A stretch of DNA of 64,000 bases, taken from Mobula birostris. Lineage: Eukaryota. Each line of letters begins with the position of its first letter. Position 1 is the first letter of the stretch. Location of the stretch: positions 20,561,309 through 20,625,308 of the forward strand of contig NC_092379.1 in NCBI RefSeq assembly GCF_030028105.1. The letters are read 5' to 3'. The translations under genes were made by a program, and so were the position numbers. This document shows positions 1 through 12,405 of the stretch, piece by piece. Under the pieces are notes generated by a model. The model saw only the letters and a list, made by a program, of their open reading frames with translations, did no database searches and was not told the DNA's origin.

Positions 1-400
1 AATCTCCAAAGCTACCTCCTTCTGAACCCTCGTGTGTACACCATCAGGTCCAGGTGATTTATCTACCTTCAGACCTTTCTATTTCTCAAAAATCTTCTCC
101 GTAGTAATGGCAGCTTCACACACGTCATGACCCCGATGCCCGGATGTTCTATCAGACTGCTCATGTCTTCCTCAGCGAAGACTGATGCAAAATATTTATT
201 CAGTTCCTCCTGCATTTCCTTGTCCCCTATTACTACCTTTCCAGCATTGATTTCCACTCTTGCCTCTCTTCTACACTTTATGTATCTGAAGCGACTTTTG
301 GTGTTTCTTTAATATTATTGAGTAGCTTACTTTAGCATTCCATCTGATTCTCCTTATTGACTTTTTTAGTTGCCTTCTGTTGATTTTAAATGCTTACCAA
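1..400 (-). mobile_element. CR1-type LINE ORF2 fragment
   Basis: ORF 69..257 reads ...EMQEELNKYFASVF..., the pre-RT linker also seen in other CR1 copies in this window (e.g. EMADELNRWFGSVF at 4974..5483). Ends approximate. Confidence 0.65.
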
Positions 401-629
401 TCCTCCAAATTCCCACCAATTCCAGCTCAATTATATGCCCTCTCTTTGGCTGTTATGTTGCCTTTGAGTTCCCTTGATACCATAATTGTGTCATCTTGCC
501 TTTTGAACACTTCTTCCTCTTCAAATCCCCGTCTGAATCCTCAGGCAACAGCAATAAGGCATTACTGAGGGTTATTTCCCTCTTGGAAAAAGACTTCAAG
601 GGTCAGCGTAAAGGAGTCTTATCCCTTCC

Positions 630-2450
630 TTTGGAACTGGCGGCTGGATTCCATAAGCTTGGCTGCAAGTTCCCCAGACTGTTCAGGTATTTGCTTTGTC
701 CTGTCCTGATCGAGAGGACATGACTAGATAGTGTTTGGACTCACAGAGTCCTATTGACTGGAAATGGCTTGTTTGTCCTTGAGGGCAGGACTTGGTCTCT
801 TGGAGGTCTCAGGTTACCTCACACTGAAGGCTGCCCTCTAATTAGTTCTTGGTCACAGGAGTGTTTGCGTCTCGGAATACCATGGTGCAAATAAAACCTC
901 TTACGATGAATGGACCAAGCAATGATTCTGCCCTTTCTCCAGTCCACGGATGGGTTATACTGGGACAGCCCAGGGTACCTGAGGATCAGTGATATGAGTG
1001 AAGAGTCAATAATGTGGAAGCTAGTGTCTTCCACATGACCCCTATCCTCATCTGCAAATCCACAGTCTGTTGCTGGATCTGCCCAGAACCTAGTGGGCGA
1101 CCGTCCAAGACAGTTGCGGGCATGTGTTGGCTCAACTCTCACAGCGATATGTGGAACCGATGGGTGGTTCTTAAATCCAGAAAATAACCCACTGTCCCAG
1201 AGTCCAGGCAGCTCTCACCTGCCTTAAGTTTTTACCCCGGGTGAACTCTGCCTTCAGCATGAACCCAGAGTCAGTTGTACTGGGAGTAGTGACTGCCACC
1301 GTCACAGTCCTCCTGATACTGGATGATCTTAGCAGTCTCGACGGTTGCAGCCTGGGACACTCGGCTCACCAGTGACATACTCCCCCACAGTAAAAGCAGC
1401 GACTCTGACGCCGGGACCTTTCATCAGCGGAGAGCCCAGCACAACCGACCTGCATGAGTTCGACTGGATCTTGAGCAGGTGACGGGCTGGTTATGGTCCG
1501 ACGTTGTGGGGTGGAACTGTGTTGCATGGGGACTGGGCTCAAACTGGCTCACTTTGATTTCCTGAAGTGGTCCCACTTTCGCTCTGCCAGACGATTGTTG
1601 AGACGGATGGACTGGTCACTCAAAGCCTCGAAGATCTCAGCTGGCTCTCCCAAGACGAGGCATCCTTTAGTTCTTCTGTGGTGGTAGAGCATGGCTGCAC
1701 CCTCTCCATTCCAACCACTCTTCTGGGACAAGGTCCAAAATGCGATTGCGTTGTCGGCCGTGGACCATCCCCCCTGTCGAATCTTCATCAGCCGGTCTGA
1801 GTCTCAGCTGGCTCCAGTGAGGTGATTAAACACCTTCCTCATGGCAGCCATGAATTCCTCTGAATCTGAGCAGATCTCAGACCGATGTTCCCAATGCGCA
1901 GTGGCCAAGGCCAGGACTTTTCCAGTCCTGGAGAGAAAATGAAGGCCACCTTTCCTCGCTCTGAAAGGAACTGGGACAGCTGTAGTTCAAACACGAGTGA
2001 GCATTGGCTGAGGAAGCCACGGTAAGAACCCGAGTCACTGTCGAATCTCTGCAGGGTTGGGAGACCTGCTGGCTCCACAGAAGCACCAACTGGCTCTCCC
2101 AAGTGACCTTGGCTTCCTCCCTGAGAAAGTTGATGAACAGGTACCAGGAGTCGTTAATCTCCAGGCCTTGTCTGGAAATCTTTTCACTGTGGCTCACCAC
2201 AGTGGACGAAAGACTTTGATATTGCACTGGGTCCATGTTGGCTCAATCGTACTGAGACAAGAGTCCTTGATAAGGATGGTTTGGACCTAATTGCCGGGGT
2301 AAATGAAGCAAGGTTCTAGTCAGGGTATCAAATTAGAGCTGAGCACAATACTAATGCTGGATGATAGCACAAAGCAGCTTACGATTGAGCGCTGAACTTC
2401 TGTTCAGTTGTTCCTTCAATACTCAATTCTTGGCACACAAACATGATTAT
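630..2450 (-). mobile_element. Decayed Ty3/Gypsy (sushi-like) LTR retrotransposon: gag and protease remnant
   Basis: Frameshifted gag pieces (RGFLSQCSLVFELQ...SERGKVAF; FWTLSQKSGWN...IRLNNRLAER) and the protease-end motif LILRYPGLSQYNPSVDW (canonical LILGxPWLxxHNPxIDW). Minus strand reads ...TCTCA|GTACGATTGAGCCAAC ATG GAC CCA at about 2253-2230, an LTR-end/gag-start junction. Outer limits approximate. Confidence 0.75.
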
Positions 2451-2459
2451 CAATTAGCA

Positions 2460-3060
2460 GGACCGTCCTGATCCCTTCAAGGGGCCGTGCCAGCTATCCA
2501 TACTCCCGGAATCTGGTGCAGTTGGGAGTGTCTCATAACAAAGACTTCTGGCTGTTCATGCTCGCCATTGAGAATGCCATGGACACAATCTGTGATATCC
2601 CTGATCCTGACAGCAGGGATGCAGCATACCATCTGTGTGTCAGTATCGCACCCACAGAACCTCATCCTGATCCTCTGTCTGAGGAATCTCCTATCATCAC
2701 TGCATTCCTCTTCGCCTCTCTCCTCTTCTGAGCCACATCACCAGACTCAGTGCCAGAGACCCAGTCACTCTGACTCCCCTTCAATAGTATATAAAGTTAT
2801 AGATTTATTATTGAGGGGAACAGCCACAGGTGTTCTCTGCACTTCTTGTACATTTGCCCTCCTTCTCCTGACAGTCACCCAGACACCTGTCTCCTGCAAC
2901 CTTGGGGTGATCTCATCCCTGTAGCCCCTGTCTATCACCTCCTCATATCTGCCACTTCTTCGACCATTCTTCTGATATTTCTTAGTATTTCTGTAGCCTC
3001 TCTGCTTCCTCAACTCTGCCTTCCCCTCCACCTCTCTTTGTATCATCTGCAAACATGGAC
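2460..3060 (-). mobile_element. CR1 LINE ORF1 remnant (esterase region)
   Basis: VCCIPAVRIRDITDCVHGILNGEHEQPEV resembles the SGNH-esterase segment of CR1 ORF1; an upstream WVTVRRRR...TPVAVPLNNK segment is also present. Confidence 0.65.
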
Positions 3061-3250
3061 ATAAAAGCCATCAATTCCGTTATCCAAATTATTGACAATT
3101 GACATGAAAAGAAGCAGTTGCAACACAGACCCTTGTGGAGCACCACTATTCACTGGCAGCTAACCAGAAAAGACCCTCTTTTCTTTGCCTCCTGCCAATC
3201 AGCCAGTGTTCCATCCATGCCAGTGTCTTTCCTGGAATACCATGGCTTCT

Positions 3251-3390
3251 AACACACATAAAATGCTGAAGGAGCTCAGCAGGCCTGGCAGCATCTGTGA
3301 AAAAGAGTCAATCATCAATGTTTCAGTCTGATGAAGGCTCTTGGCCCAAAACATTGTTCGTTTACTCTTTTCCATAGTTACCGCCTGGCG
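3251..3390 (+). repeat. Short palindromic element (Penelope-terminus/MITE-like) with decayed hammerhead-like core
   Basis: Left arm ...ctcagcaggcctggcagcatctgtgaaaaagagt..., right arm ...actcttttccatagttaccgcctggc; core CTGATGA at 3328-3334. Same family as 17064-17237 and 38490-38700. Confidence 0.65.
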
Positions 3391-3761
3391 TCATCCCACC
3401 TTTAGAATATTTCTTCTTTGGGATGCATCTATCTTGCGCCTTCTGATTTGCACTCAGAATCACCAGCCATTGCAGCCCTGCCATCATCCCTGCTAGTGTC
3501 CCCTTCCAATCAATTTTGGCCTGCTCCTCTCAGTGTCTTCTGCCCTATCCACAACTCCACCAGCCTTGGAATCATGCACAAATTTACCAACCAACCCATC
3601 TACACTTTCATCCAGATCATTTATATACATTACAAACAACGATAGTCCCAGTACAGACACCTGTGGAACTCCACTAATCACAGCCCTCCAGGTTGAACAT
3701 GTCCCTTCAACCACTAGCCACTCTCTTTTATGTGTAAGCCAGTTCTGAATCCAAAAAGATG

Positions 3762-5700
3762 ATTAGACAATAGACAACAGGTGCAGGAGTAGGCCATTCA
3801 GCCCTTCGAGCCAGCATCACCATTCACTGTGATCATGGCTGATCATCCACAATCAGTACCCTTTTCCTGCCTTCTCCCCATATCCCTTCACTCCACTATC
3901 TTTAAGAGCTCTATCTAACTCTTTTTTGAAAGAATCCAGAGAATTGGCCTCCACTGTCTTCTGAGGCAGAGCATTCCACAGAACCACAGCCCTCTGTGTG
4001 AAGAAGTTTTTCCTCAACATTCTAAATTGTCTACCCCTTATTCTTAAACTGTGGCCTCTGGCTCTGGACTCCCCCAACATGGGGAACATGTTTCCTGCCT
4101 CTAGCGTGTCCAATCCCTTAATAATCTTACATGTTTCAATCAGATCCCCCCTCATCCTTCTAAATTCCAGTGTATACAACCCCAGTCGCTCCAGTCTTTC
4201 AACATATGACAGTACTGCCAACCCAGGAATTAACCTCGTGAACCTACGCTGCACTCCCTCAATAGCTAGAATGTCCTTCCTCAAATTTGGAGAGGAAAAC
4301 TGCACACAGTACTCCAGGTGTGGTCTCACCAGGGCCCTGTACAACTGCAGAAGGACCTCCTTGCTCCTATACTCAATTCCCCTTGTTATGAAGGCCAGCA
4401 TGCCGTTAGCTTTCTTCACTGCCTGCTGTGCCTGCACGCTTACTTTCAGTGACTGATGAACAAGGACTTCCCCTTTTCCTAACTTGACACCATTCAGATA
4501 GTAATCTGCCTTCCTGTTCTTGCCACCAAAGTGGATAACCTCACATTTGTCCACATTAAACTGCACCTGCCATGCATCTGCCCACTCACCCAAGCTGTCC
4601 AAGTCACCCTGCATTCTCATAACACCCTCCTCACATTTCACACTGCCAGCCAGCTTTGTGTCATCTGCAAATTTGCTAATGTTACTTTTAATCCCTTCAT
4701 CTAAATCATTAATGTATATTGTAAATAGCTGCGGTCCCAGCACCGAGCCTTGCGGTACCCCACTTGTCACTGCCTGACATTCTGAAAAAGACCTATTAAT
4801 CTCTGCTCTTTGTTTCCTGTCTGCCAACCAATTTTCTATCCATGTCAGTACCCTATCCCCAATACCATTTGCTCTAATTTTGCACACTAACCTCCTATGT
4901 GGGACCTTATCAAAGGCTTTCTGAAAGTCCAGGTACACTTCATCCACTGGCTTTCCCATATCCATTTTCATAGTCACGTTCTCAAGCATGATTTCCTCTT
5001 CATAAATCTATGCTGGCTCGGACCTATCCTGCCACTGCTATCCAAATATATCACTATTACATCTTTTATAATTGATTCCAGTATCTTCCCCACCACTGAT
5101 GTCAGACTAACTGGTCTACAATTGCTTGTTTTCTCTCTCTCTCCTTTTTTAAAAGGTGGGATAACATTAGCTACCCTCCAATTTGTAAGAACTGATCCTG
5201 AATCTATAGAACATTGGAAAATAATTACCAATGCGTCCACGATTTCGAGAGCCACCTCCTTAAGTACCCTGGGATGCAGACCATCAGGCCCTGGGGATTT
5301 ATCAACCTTCAGTCCGATCAGTTTACTCAACACCATTTTGTGCCTGATATGAATTTCCCTCGGTTCCTCTGTTACCCTAGGTCCTCTGGCCACTATTACA
5401 TCTGGGAGATTGTTCGTAACTTCCCTAGTGAAGACAGATCCAAACCACCTGTTCAGCTCGTCTGCCATTTCCTTGTTCCTCATAATAATTTCCCCGTTTC
5501 TGCCTTCAAGGGCTCAACTTTGGTCTTAACTATTTTTTCCCTCTTCACATACCTAAAGAAGCTATGACTATCCTCCTTTATATTTTTGGCTAGCTTACCT
5601 TCGTATCTCATCTTTTCCCCCCATATTGCCTTTTTAGTTATCTTCTGTTGCTCCTTAAAAGTCTCCCAATCCTCTGGCTTCCCACTCATCCTTGCTATGT
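3762..5700 (-). mobile_element. CR1 LINE 3' part with long RT ORF, internally deleted
   Basis: ORF 3853..4989 (378 aa) carries YLDFQKAFDKVPH, SGVPQGSVLGP and FADD; upstream ORFs carry KSPGPDGLHPRVLKE and RPVSLTSVVGK; 3'UTR ends in a short acaatag repeat near 3765. Confidence 0.9.
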
Positions 5701-6064
5701 TATACTTCCTCTCTTTTATTTTTATAATTTGCCACGTATCCCATGGATCTTAATCTTCTGGATTAGCCTCCCATGGGGGACTTCGTCAAATGCCTTGTTA
5801 AAATCCATGTGGACGGTATCCACTGCCTTGCCTTCATCAATCTGGCTTGGCCCCTTGTCAAAAAACCCAATTAAGTTGGTAAGGCACAACTTGTGCCACA
5901 GAAAGTCGTGCTAGCTCTCCCTTCTTAGGCCTTGGGTTTCCAAATACTCAGATAATCTATCTCCAAGATTTTTCTTTAGCAATTTCCCTTCAACTTACGT
6001 GAGACTCACCAGTCTATAGTTCACAGGATTTTGCCTTGTTCCCTTCTTAAGCAGAGGTACAACA

Positions 6065-7205
6065 TTAGACTCAATGGATTTCAGCGAGGCATTTGATAAA
6101 GTACCCCACGCAAGGCTTATTGAGAAAGTAAGGTGGCATGGGATCCAAGGGGACCTTGCTTTGTGGATCTAGAACTGGCTTGCCCACAGAAGGCAGAGAA
6201 TTGTTTAGACAGGTCATATTCTGTATGGAGGTTGGTGACCAGTGGTGTGCCTCATCTGGGACCTCATCTCTTCGTGATTTTTATAAATGACTTGGATGAG
6301 GGATGGGTTAGTAAATTTGCTGATGACACAAAGGTTGGGCGTGTTGTGGATAGTGTGGAGGGCTGTCAGAGTTTACAGCAGGACATCAATAGGATGTAAA
6401 ACTGGGCTGAGAAGTGGCAGTTGGAGTTAAACCCCGGTAAGTGTGAGCTGGTTTATTTTGGTAGGTCAAGTATCATGGCAGAATATAGTATTAATAGTAA
6501 GACTCTTGGCAGTGTGGAGGATCAGAGGGATCTTGGGCTCCATGTCCACAGGACACTCAAAGCTGCGACACAGGTTGACAGTGTGGTTAAGAAGGCATAT
6601 GGTACGTTGGCCTTCATCATCTGTGGGATTGAGTTCAAGAGCTGAGAGATAATGTTGCAGCTGTATAGGACCGTGCTCAGACCCCACAGAGTACTGTGCT
6701 CAGTTCTGGTCACCTCACTAGAGGAAGGATGTGGAAAATATAGAAAGGGTGCAGAGGTAATTTACAAGGATGTTGCCTGGATTGGGGAGCACGCCTTACG
6801 AGAATAGGTTGAGCAAATTTAGCCTTTTCTGCTTGGAGTGACGAAGGATGAGAGGTGACCTGATAGAGGTGTACAAGATGATGACAGGCATTAATTGTGT
6901 GGATAGTGAGAGGCTTTTCCCCAGAACTGAAATGGTTAACAAGAGAGGGCACAGTTTTAAGGTCAGAGGAGATGTCAGGGGTAAGTTTTTACACAGAGAG
7001 TGGTGAGTGTGTGGAATAGGCTGCCGACGATGGAGGTGAAGGCGGATATAATAAGGTCTTTTAAGAGGCTGCTGGATAGGTCCATGGATCTTAGAAAAAT
7101 AGAGGGCTCTGGGTAACCTACGTAATTTCTAAAGTAAGAACATGTTCGGCACAGTATTGTGGGCCACAGGGCCTGTATTGTGCTGTAAGTTTTCTAAGTT
7201 TCTAT
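6065..7205 (+). mobile_element. CR1 LINE 3' end (RT C-terminus and tail)
   Basis: [26 protein letters not shown] motifs; ends in a ttctaagtttctatg tail at about 7192-7206. Confidence 0.8.
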
Positions 7206-9530
7206 GTAACATTAGTCCTGAGGACTTATCCATCTTAATCCTTTTTTGGAGACCCAACACTTCCTCTGCCTTTACCTCTAAATTCCCTAATTTATTTATA
7301 CACTCAGCACTGTTCTTCTGATCCTCCACATCTTTTCCCTTTGTAAATACTGAAGCAAAGAACTTAGTAAGTTCCTCACTCACATTCTCTGCATCCAAGC
7401 AAATGTTCCCCCCTTTATCATTGAGTTGTCCCACCATCTCCCGAGTTATCCTCTTGGTCTTGATGTATGTATAAAACGCCTTGGGATTCTCCTTAATCCA
7501 ATTTATCAAGGACTTTTCATGGCCTCTCCTGGCTTTCCTAATTTGCTAATTCCCTTTAGTTCCTTTCTGGCTTCTTTATACCCCTCATGTGCTTTGTTTG
7601 ATTCAACCTTCTGAAGCCTTACAAACTTTATCTTTTTTTCTTGACTAAATTCATCACTTCTCTGGACATGCAGGGTTCCCTTATCTTTCCATGCCCATCC
7701 TTCCCTCTGACAGGAACATACCTTTCCTGCATTCTGCGCAATTGCTCTTTAAACACACTCCACATGTCTGATGTGGACTTGCCAGAGAAAAGGTGTTTCC
7801 AATTAACTCTTCTTAGTTCCTGCTGAATGCCCTTGTTCCCTTACTGTTCACCCACTGAAAGGTCAGTCACCTGGCCAGGCTCATTCCCCAACACCTGTAA
7901 CAGAATGGCCCCCTCCTTTCATTGGACTGTGCACATACTGATTTAAGAAACCTTCCTGGACGCACATACACTAAGATAGTCCCAGTTGATATTAGGGAAG
8001 TTGAAACCCTCCATGACGACAACAAAAAAATTATTTTTATACTTTTGGTGAACCTAATTACATATCCATTCCTCAATGTCCTGGTGGCTTTTAAGGGGTC
8101 TGTAGTACAATCCCATTAGTGTGATTGCACCCTCCTTAAAGAACCTGGTACATTAATCACCCATTCCTGCCCCTCTCTTGACCAGGTTTCTGAAATGTCT
8201 ATAAGATTGTAGTTCCGCAAACTGATCCATGCTCTAATTTCATCTTGGCTAAAGGATGGCTGCCATTGGGAGCTGAACGTCCAAGGATATATGGTGTATC
8301 GGAAAGATAGGTTAGTAGGCAGAAAGGATGGTGTGGCCCTGTTCATAAGAAATAATATTAAGTCATTAGAAAGGGGTGACATAGAATCGGAAGGTGTAGA
8401 GTCTCTACGGGTCGAGTTAAGGAATGGCAAGGGTAAAAGGAACCCAGTGGCAGTTGTAGACAGGCCTCCAAACAGCAGCCAGGATGTGGATTAAAAATTA
8501 CAGCAGGAGAAAGAAAAGACATATGCAGTATATTGGACAAGTAGGTGCAGTGAAAATTACGACTGAGAAGGTGCTCAGGAAGCTGAATGGTCTGAGGTTG
8601 GATAAATCTCCTGGACCTGATGGAATGTACCCTCGGGTTCTGAAGGAAGTAGCCTTTCAATACCTTTCCTGACATCTAACTTCTGGTCAGGTCCTTCCCC
8701 TACTGACCTGGGGCTCTGGCTCTCAGCCCCTGCAAGACGAGCTTAAACTCTCCCAAGTAGCATCAGCAAAGCCAGGATATTGGTTCCACTCCAGTTCAAT
8801 CAACGTGCATATTGAAATTCACGATGACTATCTTAACATTGCACTTTTGACATGCACTTTCTGTCCGCGGTTGTAATTTGCAGACCACATCTTTGCTATA
8901 CTGTTTGCAGGTCTGTATATAACTCCCATCAGGGTCTCTCACTCTTCCAGATTCTGAGCTCTACCCAGAACGATTCTACACCTTCCGATCCTGTGTCACC
9001 TCTTTCTAATGATTTAATTTAATTTTTTACCAATACTGCCACACCACGCCTTCTGCCTACTTCCCTGTCCTTTCGATACAATGTGTATCCTTTGAAATTA
9101 AGCTCACAGCTATAATCTTTCAGCCACAATTCAGTGATGCCCAGAAAGTCAATATGTAGCTGGGCTTCAAGTTCATCGAGTTTATTCCATACCCTGCGTG
9201 CATTCAAATATAACACCTTCAGTCCTGTATTCATCACATTTTAAATTTGCGTCCTCTTTTACATTGCAACTCATCCTGTTAACTGTAATTTTACCTGGTC
9301 ATCAGCTTCTTCTTAGTAGCAGTCTCACTACACACTGCTCCTGTTTGTAAACATAACGATTTGATCCTCATCCCTATCACTTCATTTCCCATCCCCCTGC
9401 CAGATTTGTTTAATCTCTTCTGAACAGCTCCAGCAAACCTGTCTGCAAGGATATTTGTCCCCTGTGGATTCAGGTGTAACCTGTCCCTTTTGTACAGGTC
9501 ATAACTTCTGCTTATCAAGGCCCAGAGGCT
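7206..9530. mobile_element. Mosaic of short CR1 fragments in both orientations
   Basis: NPKAFYTYIK (minus), YRKDRLVGRKDGVAL and KSPGPDGMYPRVLKE (plus), LKVLYLNAR and YKRDRLHLNPQGTNILA (minus). Confidence 0.7.
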
Positions 9531-9696
9531 CGGAGTAAAGAGGAAAGGTGTAAAGTCCCAGGGGTTGTGAAGGCCTCAGACTGCATTGTCTGTTGATTGT
9601 GCTGTCGTTGGGATTGCAGTGTCAGAGAATGCAATGTGAGATAAGGAAGCTGAAAGTTTGTGTTTCATGGGATGTCTCTGTTAGTCAATTAGTTAC

Positions 9697-9839
9697 CTTG
9701 ACAACGGTGACTAAGGTGCTGTAGAGGAAACTGATGATGAACAGAATGACAAAGGCAACAACTGTAAGCACATTGTCATCTCCGTCCACGTGTCCCTGTT
9801 CTTCCTTCCCCTCCTCTCCTGTCATGTCTGTGCAGGTTT
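9697..9839 (-). CDS. IgW: IgW transmembrane exon TM1
   Basis: Acceptor TTCTTTCAG|AA and donor AAG|GTAACT. Translation (E)TCTDMTGEEGKEEQGHVDGDDNVLTVVAFVILFIISFLYSTLVTVVK: acidic spacer plus the conserved antigen-receptor TM pattern FxxLFxxSxxYSTxVTxxK. Confidence 0.93.
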
Positions 9840-11998
9840 CTGAAAGAATAGAGAAAGTGAGGTTAGTTTCTTGTCGTTGTTTCTTGAAGATCAACATGGC
9901 AATAAAGTTGAGTAAACTTGATGACTTGTTTCTTCACAGCATGTCATTTGTAACCTGTGAGCCCCTGGACAGAACTAAATGAACTAGTTTCTCTGAATCA
10001 ACTATGTTCGCTCTGCTAAAAATATTGACCAGATCTTCACTTAGTGTTCATTAACCATCATCCCAACTTGTAATTTGCTCTGGGGTGTGCATGTATGTTC
10101 AGCAGTCCCTCCAAGACAGTTTGTCCAAAGACCTGGAGTTGGTTCCTGCCTATTCATTTCATCAATTATTATCTCTGTAGTTAAAGCTTTCCAGATGTTG
10201 ACAGGTCTGCCAGCCTTGTGTGAGTGGCAAAAATTAGTCATCTGTGTTTCTACCCAATATCTAAACCATGAATAAATCTAGTGAATAGTGTCATCACTGA
10301 ACACATTGCTGCAGGTCAGAGGACATCACTGGCTACATATTGTCCCTTCTTTCTGTAACTCTCCACTTTCTGAATGAGTTCACCAATTGTCTTCACACAG
10401 TTGATGAAATACTTTTCCCTGTCTATTAAACTTTGAAATTGTGGACCAATCCAAAATTTTCTATCATTTGCACAGTGGAAACTATAGTACACATTTACCA
10501 AAATCTACTTGAATGTCTGTCTGTCTGTCTGTACAATTAAGGACAGAACCAACCAGGCAGCACTTCCAGCCCCTCAGGTTTAAGTCACACAATTGTATCC
10601 CAAGACATACCGGCACGGAACACTGGCAGCCAAATGCTTTCCATACCTTCTTATTGAACTTTGATTACACAAACACAGGCTGACTTTTAACCTGTCAAGT
10701 AGTCTACAGAAGTTTCCAACAGGATCAGACCTGACACAAGGAAGTTTTAACAAAATCCGCAGGATCTCAGAAATGTTGGTAATTTATTTTGATGTACTTA
10801 GTCATGGAATATATATTTCCATTTTGAGCCAATGAGAAAGGACTTGCAGGTAACCTTGCTTGTTTCAGTGACGTAAACCACACTGTTGGAGGATCAACCA
10901 TCAATTGAAGGTTGACAATTGGAGTTGTTGGCCACTCTGTCCATGGGAATCTCTGCTGCAGAGAACCCAGTGACCCAACTTCTTTCCATCTCATCTGGTG
11001 GGGAAGGATAACTTCAGAGGGTTCCTATTGGGAATGGACTTTTTCATTTGCATGATGTTTTCCTGGAATATTCTGTTCTTACACCATCGAGGCCAATGTT
11101 TACACCACTAGTGATCTCTCCACATCTAAAATGTAAAAGTTTTTACTTTTGGAAATGAAAGATAAATTGTGGAAAGTGTTCAGTGGGTTAGAAAACACTT
11201 GTGAACAGAGAAAGGGATAACATTGAGATAGCATCACACGTGTACTCTGTACCATTGCTTCAGCACTAGTTCTGTGCCTGGCTGAGTACTGTGCATCTCT
11301 CTGGTTTACTGGAGCTCAACAACTGTCTGATGTCCAGTTACATTCCACAATGTTTGCTCCAGTGGAACTGAGTTCCTCCAGTCCTGCTGACAGATAGACT
11401 TGCTTCATGTCTCCGAGATGTTGGTGTGGAAACATTGACCCTGCAGTCATTATTTCATCATTCCTTCACTGACAATGCCGGCATTCCTTGCTCTGCTCCA
11501 GCAGGTCCGTCAGAGAGCAATGAAGAGTTTGATGTGGGACTGATGGATACGGGTAAACAGGGTAGGAAGGCCAGGGTCCTTCACCAAAGAACATCAGTGA
11601 AATAGTTTGTAATCTAAAGCTACAATCTTTCACAGTCACCTCTGGTTATGTGTTCACGCCATTGTCCTGATGCTTGGGAACAGACTGTAGGTCAGTGATC
11701 CTGGTGCTAGTACTGAGGGAATGCTGCACTCTCGCACATCTGTCTGAGATGCGACAGAGGGGCCCAGATGGGTATTTACTGATGGACAGACAGACCTTGT
11801 GTTGGTAGTTTAGAAGAGAGTTAAGTTTTGAAAGCATCGGATGAACTCTGATTCTTTCCCACTCTCTGCCTCTGCATTATTAATCCACTCACACAACTAC
11901 AACAATGCCAGACTTGCCGTTACCTATTGACCTTGCTTGTCCCTGGGTTGTGACTGTGGCAGAGGATGTCAACGGTGGAGTGAATCTCAGAATCATAC

Positions 11999-12322
11999 CT
12001 TGAATGTTTTTCACATCCTGCCTGACACTGGTGTTGGAGGGGGGATGAGACACTGTGCATCTGAAAACTGAGCCTTCCTTCCACTCCTCTGTGCTCACAG
12101 TCAGGACGTAGCTGGCAGTGAAAGTCCCTGCCTGTTCCAGAGCAGTTGGTCTCACACTGATGTTGGAAGAGATCAGAGCGTCCCCTTTCTCCCAGGTGAT
12201 GGTTATTTGGTCTGGGTAGAATCCAGAAGCAACACACTCGAGGGTGACCGTGTTCCCACTCTTGGTCTCTCCCTCTGGCGGTGGCAGCAGTCTGACTTTG
12301 GGACCTTTTGTCTCCAGTGGAA
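11999..12322 (-). CDS. IgW: IgW CH4-like duplicate constant exon (CH4')
   Basis: 324 nt, open, phase 1-1, CATCAG|TT ... AG|GTATGA. C1-set motifs TLECVASGFYP, TWEKG, EEW, FRCTVSHPPS. About 64% aa identical to CH4 (hand count 67/105). Confidence 0.92.
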
Positions 12323-12405
12323 CTGATGGGCAAACAATGGAAATGTCAAACATTTTTACTGAGGTAACCAACGTTGTCCATTTTAATCGCTGACCTCTTG
12401 CCCAC

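Noticed and set aside
9517-9650. TM2 candidate after CTTTCAG at 9650 (44 open codons)
   Set aside because: The intron would be only 47 nt, and the peptide does not resemble the short basic Ig cytoplasmic tail.
11046-11053. Octamer ATTTGCAT as an enhancer (also at 21862, 24335 and 24351)
   Set aside because: A few hits are expected by chance in 64 kb; two lie inside the Gypsy element and none is at the VH promoter.
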